The notes under the pieces: generated by a model | What the model saw: the letters and a program-made list of their open reading frames with translations, nothing else | Database searches by the model: none | Told to the model about the DNA's origin: nothing | Position numbers and translations under genes: made by a program | Source of the DNA: Candidatus Omnitrophota bacterium | GTDB lineage: Bacteria > Omnitrophota > Gorgyraeia > B26-G9 > JBDRCZ01 | Length of the DNA: 64,000 nucleotides | Direction: 5' to 3' | Assembly: GCA_043821285.1 (NCBI GenBank) | Contig: JBDRCZ010000029.1 | Coordinates: forward strand, 14,959-78,958 | In this document: piece after piece, positions 57,518-64,000 of the stretch | How positions within the stretch are numbered: position 1 is the first letter of the stretch | Layout: each line of letters begins with the position of its first letter

Positions 57518-59482
57518 TTATTCAAATCTCAACGCTTCGATCGGATTAAGTTGCGCTGCCTTTTTCGCCGGCCATAAACCAAACCCAATGCCTACGGCAA
57601 TTGAAAACGTTGTTGATAAAACAATACTAAAAAGCGAAACCTTAGTCGCCCACCCAAAAACAGCCGCCATTATTAATGCTGCTCCTGCTCCAATCAAAAT
57701 TCCAATTATACCACCACTAAAAGTCATGACTACTGCTTCAATCAAAAATTGAGACATTATATCGCTGCGCCGGGCGCCGATCGCTTTGCGCAATCCTATT
57801 TCGCGCGTTCGTTCTGTCACAGATACTAACATGATATTCATAATGCCAATCCCTCCAACTAATAGCGATATTGCCGCGATACACCCTAAAAGCAGGCTCA
57901 TCGTTTGGGTAGTACTGCTTAACATTTCCTGAATTTCACTCATGTCGCGAATCTCAAATGAATCATCGTCGTTGTATAATTTGTGTCGCTTGTTAATAAC
58001 ATTTTTAATCTGCTCTTGCGCCTCTTCGATCAATTCTATATCTACGACTTCTGCATAAATCTGATCAAGATAATCTTTACCGAGAATCCGGTACATCGCT
58101 GTAGTCACCGGGGTATATACCACATCATCCTGATCATGCCAACCTCCTGAGCCTTTTTCCGGGGCAATCCCAATAACCTTAAAATTAATACGATTTATTT
58201 TTATTTCTTTGCCAATAGGATTTCGCTCCCTAAAGATTTTGTTTGCAACAGTAATTCCTAAAATAGCGATTTTATCCCGCCGGCTAATTTCTTCTTTTGT
58301 AAACCACCGGCCAATCTCCGGAATTGCCGCCCGCATTTCACCATAATCATAATCTACCCCTTCAATGCTCGTATTCCAGTTTTCATTCTCATAAACAATC
58401 TGAGCATTACCGCGGCAACTACCACTTGCTTTTTTAACATACCTCGATAGTCCTTTAATCGCATCAACGTCTTCAAAAGTAAACCTGGTAACTGTTCCGG
58501 CTCCGCTTGATGCACCGCGCACTCTGGAATGCCCCCCCCGGATAGAAAGTAGGTTTGACCCCAATGATTTAAGGCGCTGTTCCATAGATGATTTAGCACC
58601 TTCACCTAAAGCCATCATGGCAATCACCGCACCTACGCCAAAAAGGATCCCTAAAATCGAAAGAATTGAACGCACCTTATTAGAAAGAATGGCTTGAAAG
58701 GATTGATAGCAATGCTGCATAAACTCCATCCGGCCGAATGTAAAATGCTTTTGTGATACTATCTCCGTGATCGATAAATTATCATTCTTGACTGTGCCTT
58801 TTAAATTATTATAATCTTTATAAATATCCGTTTGAATTTTGCCGTCACGCATAGTGATAATTCTTCGCGCCTGCTCAGCTACTTCCTTCTCGTGTGTCAC
58901 CATAATAATCGTTTTTCCCTCGTCGTTAAGTTTCTTTAAAATGTTCATGATTTCTTCTTCGCTTTTTGTGTCTAGATTCCCAGTCGGTTCATCAGCAAAG
59001 ATGATCATCGGATCATTGACTAATGCCCTGGCGATCGCGACCCGTTGCTGTTCCCCACCGGAGAGCTCATTAGGTCTGTGCTTTTGACGTTCTGCCAATC
59101 CCACGGCTTTTAACTTTTCATATGCCTTTTGGCGAATGTCCTTCTTCCCCGCATAAATAAGCGGTAATTCCGTATTTTCTATCGCACTTACACGTCTTAA
59201 GAGATGAAACTGTTGAAAAATAAACCCTGCTAAAGTGTTTCTCAAGGCAGCAAGCTCAGCATCGGTTAAACCGGATACTTCCGTATCGAATATCTTGTAT
59301 GAACCGTTATCCGGCCGGTCAAGAAATCCAAGTATGTGTAAGAGCGTAGATTTACCAGAGCCCGATGGCCCCATAATCGCGGCAAATTCACCGGCTTTTA
59401 TGGAAAGACTGACGTCTTGAAGTGCATATACCGGCACTTTATCCGTATGATAGGTTTTGGAAATATTATTGATTTCTATCAT
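57518..59482 (-). CDS. macB: MacB-type ABC transporter ATPase-permease fusion
   Basis: [38 protein letters not shown]. Confidence 0.92.
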   Translation of the reverse strand: MIEINNISKTYHTDKVPVYALQDVSLSIKAGEFAAIMGPSGSGKSTLLHILGFLDRPDNGSYKIFDTEVSGLTDAELAALRNTLAGFIFQQFHLLRRVSAIENTELPLIYAGKKDIRQKAYEKLKAVGLAERQKHRPNELSGGEQQRVAIARALVNDPMIIFADEPTGNLDTKSEEEIMNILKKLNDEGKTIIMVTHEKEVAEQARRIITMRDGKIQTDIYKDYNNLKGTVKNDNLSITEIVSQKHFTFGRMEFMQHCYQSFQAILSNKVRSILSILGILFGVGAVIAMMALGEGAKSSMEQRLKSLGSNLLSIRGGHSRVRGASSGAGTVTRFTFEDVDAIKGLSRYVKKASGSCRGNAQIVYENENWNTSIEGVDYDYGEMRAAIPEIGRWFTKEEISRRDKIAILGITVANKIFRERNPIGKEIKINRINFKVIGIAPEKGSGGWHDQDDVVYTPVTTAMYRILGKDYLDQIYAEVVDIELIEEAQEQIKNVINKRHKLYNDDDSFEIRDMSEIQEMLSSTTQTMSLLLGCIAAISLLVGGIGIMNIMLVSVTERTREIGLRKAIGARRSDIMSQFLIEAVVMTFSGGIIGILIGAGAALIMAAVFGWATKVSLFSIVLSTTFSIAVGIGFGLWPAKKAAQLNPIEALRFE

Positions 59483-60440
59483 TTCTTCTGCGCGATGGCA
59501 TAAAGGGATTTGTCCCTGTTTCCCGTTTTTTTATCGGAGAATATTTTTGATCTTTGACAATAACAATATCCGATATGCTTATCCCTGAAATGATCTCGGC
59601 GTTACTGGCATCTGTCAACCCAACTTCAATCTGACGTTTCTCAATACCGCTGCCTTGTTTTTTCTTGATCATCACGTATTTTTTACCTTCCTCATCCTCT
59701 ATTGCTCCAACGGGTATTAATAGTATTTCTTTTCGTGATTTCTCGATAACCTCAACATTTACACTCATGCCTGACCGAAAAAACTCCGGAACCTCTTGCG
59801 GCACAATATCAACATCATAAATCGTAACATTATTAACCAATTCCGATTCATAGGCAATATGATCCACCATTCCTTTAATCTTATTTTTTGGATACGCGTC
59901 TAGCGTTATAACGGCCTTTTGCCCAACCTGGACACGTCCTATATCCGTTTCATCAAACTGAGCGCTAATAATTAAGCGGTCAGATAATACCAATAAGGGT
60001 TCACTCGCCGTAATTGTCTGCCCTGGCTCAAAGGAGCGAACAATTACTTCCCCATCAATTGGGGAGATAATCGGTGTTCTTTTATAAACATCTTCCCAAT
60101 ATTGCCGCGCCTGATCTCCTTGTGAAGTTGCGGCATCTACCAGAGCCGCTCGTTCCGTCGAACTCATCCATGCCAAGATCTCCCCCTTCTTTACCATGGA
60201 TCCTTCTTTAACCAAAATTTCTTCAATTCGTCCAGCAATAGAAGGTTTTATTTCCAGACGGTTTTGCGGTTCAACAACACCGGTTGTTGTTACGGTAAGC
60301 CGGATATTTCCAATTTCAGGACTTATTTCTTGAGATATCGTATTCTTTTTTGTGGAGTATTGCGTTTTATAAAAATACCCGGCACCAATTAATACAACAA
60401 CCCCAACGGATATTATTAAAAGTGCTTTATTTTTTAACAT
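59466..60440 (-). CDS. Efflux periplasmic adaptor (MacA-like)
   Basis: TM anchor, G.VEPQ, GRIEEILVKEG..VKKG, DETDIG.VQVGQ. Confidence 0.88.
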   Translation of the reverse strand: MLKNKALLIISVGVVVLIGAGYFYKTQYSTKKNTISQEISPEIGNIRLTVTTTGVVEPQNRLEIKPSIAGRIEEILVKEGSMVKKGEILAWMSSTERAALVDAATSQGDQARQYWEDVYKRTPIISPIDGEVIVRSFEPGQTITASEPLLVLSDRLIISAQFDETDIGRVQVGQKAVITLDAYPKNKIKGMVDHIAYESELVNNVTIYDVDIVPQEVPEFFRSGMSVNVEVIEKSRKEILLIPVGAIEDEEGKKYVMIKKKQGSGIEKRQIEVGLTDASNAEIISGISISDIVIVKDQKYSPIKKRETGTNPFMPSRRRNDRNQ

Positions 60441-61704
60441 ACTCTAATATTCCCCCTTTGGCTTGAATCCAATAAGCTTCAGTGACTAATAAATTTGCTT
60501 GCGCGTCAAGATACGCTTTTTTGGTACTCACAAGATTATTCTCAATTATAATCCAGTCATCAAAAGTAGTAAGTCCCGATGAATATTGTGCGTTTGCAAT
60601 TTTTGCACGCTCTAGAGCTGCTTCAAAAAATTTCTTTTTTACCGAAACCATCTCGACCGCATCCTGAAAATCTTTCCAGGTCATTTCTAAGGTGTAAATA
60701 ACACTGTCTCGACCGCTACGTTCATCTGCCTGTGCTTGGATCATTTGCGATTCAGCTTTTTTAATTTGAGCAATCCTGCTGCCGCCTTCAAAAATAGGCA
60801 AGGAAACAGTTAGTCCTGCTGACCAAGCATCGTCTTTCGGCGGCCATTCTGAACGACTTCTGCCAAATGATCCACTTAAATAGACTTGCGGGAAAAATTC
60901 TGCTTTAGCGGAATTATAATTAAACCGCGCCGCTTCCTTTCTAGCGATTAATTCTTTAAGAAATGGAGCATTGTCCGCTAATAGTTCACACTCCGGTTTA
61001 ACATCATCAATCCCTTCGACATGAAAATCCCCGATAACTCGAACCGGGATTTTTTTGTCTCTACCTAATTCTTTAGTTAACTGTTGTTGGACTAATGAAA
61101 AATTTCTTTTCGCCTGTGCCACTTCAAATTCCGCCTGCGCCAAATCTGCTTTGGCTGTCAAGACCGCTCCCTTATGCTCTCTTCCGGCCTCATATCGCAG
61201 TTGGACTAATTCAAAATTTTCTTTTCGTCTTTTTGCAATTTCTTCAGTAAGAGATATCAGTTCTTGTGCTCTTAATAGCGCCGAAAACGCAGTTCTCAAA
61301 TTTAACCTGATGTTTGAAGATGTAATCATATAATTATATTCTTTAGCATCGAGTGACTTTGCCGCGGCATGTATATTCGAAGTCGTTTTAAACCCATCGA
61401 ACACCAATTGTTGTCCTGATAGACTATATGCATAAGTGTCTGTTTCACTGCTTGCGGCTGCTTTAGATTTTTTCCCGCTTAGTTGGCTTGATATTTGTGG
61501 TAAGCGGTTGCTGAGCACTGTATTCTTATCTGCTCGGGATTGAATGATTTCCTCTTTTGCCGCAAGTAAATCGGGATGATTTTTTAATGCCTCTTGAACA
61601 CAATTATCCCAGGTGAGAATTTCTTCGGCCATTACAAATACCGGTAAGGCTAAACACCAGGTGCATAAAATGAAAAGGGAAATTTTATAATTTAATTTAA
61701 ACAT
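60427..61704 (-). CDS. TolC family outer membrane protein
   Basis: Signal peptide, ALKNHPDL, FDGF, SLPIFEGG. Confidence 0.9.
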   Translation of the reverse strand: MFKLNYKISLFILCTWCLALPVFVMAEEILTWDNCVQEALKNHPDLLAAKEEIIQSRADKNTVLSNRLPQISSQLSGKKSKAAASSETDTYAYSLSGQQLVFDGFKTTSNIHAAAKSLDAKEYNYMITSSNIRLNLRTAFSALLRAQELISLTEEIAKRRKENFELVQLRYEAGREHKGAVLTAKADLAQAEFEVAQAKRNFSLVQQQLTKELGRDKKIPVRVIGDFHVEGIDDVKPECELLADNAPFLKELIARKEAARFNYNSAKAEFFPQVYLSGSFGRSRSEWPPKDDAWSAGLTVSLPIFEGGSRIAQIKKAESQMIQAQADERSGRDSVIYTLEMTWKDFQDAVEMVSVKKKFFEAALERAKIANAQYSSGLTTFDDWIIIENNLVSTKKAYLDAQANLLVTEAYWIQAKGGILEYVKK

Positions 61705-61759
61705 TTGTGGTTTTAACTCTATATATTAGACACGGTAAAAATAAAAAAATTTTGTAAAT

Positions 61760-62008
61760 TTATTTCTTTACCTGTTTTGCCAGTTCTTTTTTCAAGGCCT
61801 TAATTCTCTGTTCAAAATGTTTCAAGAAGTCAGAAATACGTTCGACCGGAATAAAACTAATGATGTCTTTTTTTCCTGGCGGCCCTGACATTACGATTAG
61901 TTGATCTCCCTGTTTAATTTTAAGGGCATTCCTTGCCTTCATCGGAATAACGACTTGTCCTCTTTGTCCGATGGTCACTGTACCATATACCTCCGGAGAA
62001 CCTTTCAT
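61760..62008 (-). CDS. AbrB/MazE/SpoVT family DNA-binding protein
   Basis: GTVTIGQRGQVVIP..AR..L.IKQGD; upstream GTATGAAA direct repeats near a TTGACA...TATGAT promoter. Confidence 0.9.
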   Translation of the reverse strand: MKGSPEVYGTVTIGQRGQVVIPMKARNALKIKQGDQLIVMSGPPGKKDIISFIPVERISDFLKHFEQRIKALKKELAKQVKK

Positions 62009-62111
62009 TATTGCCTCCCCTTTTTTTCAATGGTATGAAAAGTATGAAATATCAGATAAATCATATATTTATCTTTTGTTTTTGTCAATAAAATAATGTA
62101 ATAATTATTTT

Positions 62112-63761
62112 TTATAACCTGCCTTTTTTTAATATCACATCTATCAATAAATACCCGGCACACCAATAGATAAACCAATCCCCAAATTCATTATAAATTG
62201 TTACCGGGTTTATTAATGCGATATTTATCTCCTCTGTTTTATCGCCTTCAATGAATGTATCTTGAGAATCTTTGGATACTTTATCCGTAATTCTTCCTTT
62301 GTTATCAATAAATGCCGATATCCCGGTATTGGCTGAGCGGATAACCGGCCGGCGGTTTTCTACCGCCCTAAATACCGAGGCCTGCAAGTGCTGGTAAGGC
62401 TGCCGGCTTTTTTTAAACCAGGCATCGTTGGTTATGTTCACTAAAAAATGCGTGCCTGGTCGGACAAATCTGCGCACAAGGTTAGGCAGCACATCTTCAA
62501 AACAGATTAACACGGCAAATTTTCTCCCCCCGAGATTAAAAATCGTAAATTCCTCCCCCGGAGAAAAATCACTAATATAAACAAATTTCCTGATAAACCC
62601 GAATAATTTCTCAAAGGGGATATATTCGCCAAACGGCACCAGATGCAGCTTATTATAATAATTAATCATCTTGGCATCACGACCGAGCAATATCGCACTG
62701 TTAAAATAACGCACCGCGCCATTTGCTGCCATAACCTGCGGGGTGCCAAAAAGAAGCGGGGTGCCGGTTATGCTAACTAAATCTTTCATGTATAAACTAA
62801 CGTCACTATCTGTTCCCCAGTAACCAGGTAAAGATGTCTCCGGCCAGATAATTAATTCCGGGGCATCACGTTTAGCATTAAGGGTCAGGTTTTTATAACG
62901 CTGCATAATCAATTCTTTAAAACGCTCATCCCATTTTTCTTCCTGGGGAATATTTCCCTGAATAACCGATACACGAAAAGGAAGATAATCTTTCTTTTCT
63001 TTTAAACGAAATATTCCGTAACCATAAACACTGATAAATATCAGGATAATAATTGTAAAACCAATAATTTCATTAAACGTATGTTTTATTTGCTGTTTAA
63101 AAAAAATAATAACCTTAAACAAGAACACATTTCCGAGCATGACTAAAAAAGAGACACCCCATACGCCAAAAGTATCCGCGCTTTGGATAAACGCCAAATT
63201 TTCATACTGCGAATAGCCTAAAAGCCCCCAGCCAAACCAATAAGATAATAAACTGCGCAAAAATTCTAATACAATCCATGCACAAGGCAGGAAGAAAAAA
63301 TTCTTTTTCTTATAAAAAGTCTGCGTCTCTTCGCGGCATCTTTTTTTAAAGGCAAAATTGGCATTACCAATTTTGCTTCTATGAGCCGCCGCGCTTTGGT
63401 GCCAAAAATATATAAACATGCCAAACAGGCCGAAGTAAAAAGCTAAATATAATACTAATATTATCACACCCGGTATGGTTACATGCCGCAGCCAGTAAAT
63501 AATTGTTGTGAAAAATATAATGCCGCTAAAATATGCCCAGCAAAATGACTGCTTTAACGTCATATTTTTTAAGCAGAAAAACAAAGGGACAAATCCTACC
63601 CAGGCAAGCATTGATAAATGAGGATAGTTTAAAGAAAGTCCTAAACTAAATCCGGAAACTATCGCTAACATAAATCTTGCCCATCTTAAAAGATGGGCAA
63701 GATTTATCACACATAAAAAAATTTCTGAAAGAAATTTTTTTATTTTTATTTCCCGCAGCAT
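62112..63761 (-). CDS. lnt: Apolipoprotein N-acyltransferase
   Basis: [43 protein letters not shown]. Confidence 0.95.
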   Translation of the reverse strand: MLREIKIKKFLSEIFLCVINLAHLLRWARFMLAIVSGFSLGLSLNYPHLSMLAWVGFVPLFFCLKNMTLKQSFCWAYFSGIIFFTTIIYWLRHVTIPGVIILVLYLAFYFGLFGMFIYFWHQSAAAHRSKIGNANFAFKKRCREETQTFYKKKNFFFLPCAWIVLEFLRSLLSYWFGWGLLGYSQYENLAFIQSADTFGVWGVSFLVMLGNVFLFKVIIFFKQQIKHTFNEIIGFTIIILIFISVYGYGIFRLKEKKDYLPFRVSVIQGNIPQEEKWDERFKELIMQRYKNLTLNAKRDAPELIIWPETSLPGYWGTDSDVSLYMKDLVSITGTPLLFGTPQVMAANGAVRYFNSAILLGRDAKMINYYNKLHLVPFGEYIPFEKLFGFIRKFVYISDFSPGEEFTIFNLGGRKFAVLICFEDVLPNLVRRFVRPGTHFLVNITNDAWFKKSRQPYQHLQASVFRAVENRRPVIRSANTGISAFIDNKGRITDKVSKDSQDTFIEGDKTEEINIALINPVTIYNEFGDWFIYWCAGYLLIDVILKKGRL

Positions 63762-64000
63762 TTTTTAAATTTTTTCCCGCTGCCGCAGGGGCACGGTTCA
63801 TTGCGCCCTACTTTTGGCTGCTCATGGATATATGTCTGGTTATCTTGTTCCGGCGGCAGGTCAGCAATGTTAGTTTCCGGGGCAGGCGGTGTTTTTGTTT
63901 TAACCGGCTGTTTTTCAAACTGTCCAAGCTCCGCATGGATAAACTGCTGCGGTAAATTCCCAAATACACTAACTTTTTGTTCTTTCTCCACGGCATTTAC
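63746..64000 (-). CDS. secA: 3' end of preprotein translocase SecA (SEC-C motif); 5' part outside window
   Basis: Frame open to the window edge; [22 protein letters not shown]. Confidence 0.8.
   Translation of the reverse strand, partial: VNAVEKEQKVSVFGNLPQQFIHAELGQFEKQPVKTKTPPAPETNIADLPPEQDNQTYIHEQPKVGRNEPCPCGSGKKFKKCCGK

Overview
Bacterial chromosomal window, almost all genes on the minus strand. Gene order and the giant gene suggest Candidatus Omnitrophota (inference). (1) 1-15002: a giant ORF of at least 5000 codons that runs off the window edge and is missing from the ORF track. By manual translation it has a signal peptide, 14-aa helical repeats, a C39 cysteine-peptidase domain followed directly by a double-glycine-type cleavage motif, beta-rich repeats, a glycine-rich membrane region, a second leader-like motif and a SecA-like ATPase domain. 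Its leader carries an atypical c-di-GMP-I riboswitch with a 66-nt insert, a duplicated 3' arm and a terminator. (2) 15.7-27.9 kb: accessory region with a ROK regulator, two AAA ATPases, decayed hicA, HEPN and DUF4258 fragments, a 1292-aa multi-enzyme protein sharing the giant's N-terminal signal, and a RelE-type TA pair inside long inverted repeats. (3) 27.9-47 kb: housekeeping block (lolC/E, lolD, ilvE, mcsA, mcsB, clpC, AsmA-like, mlaEFD, radA, PIN/TRAM, ispDF, gltX, cysS) preceded by an internally deleted lysS scar. (4) 47.3-62 kb: BirA-regulated bioBFHCDA operon, redox/stress genes, arfB-like gene, tRNA-Ser(CGA) and an AbrB-TolC-MacAB efflux unit. (5) lnt and the 3' end of secA. Intergenic spaces are crowded with a ~145-bp dispersed repeat and nested 7-mer/9-mer inverted-repeat elements. 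All domain calls are by motif inspection only; no searches were run.
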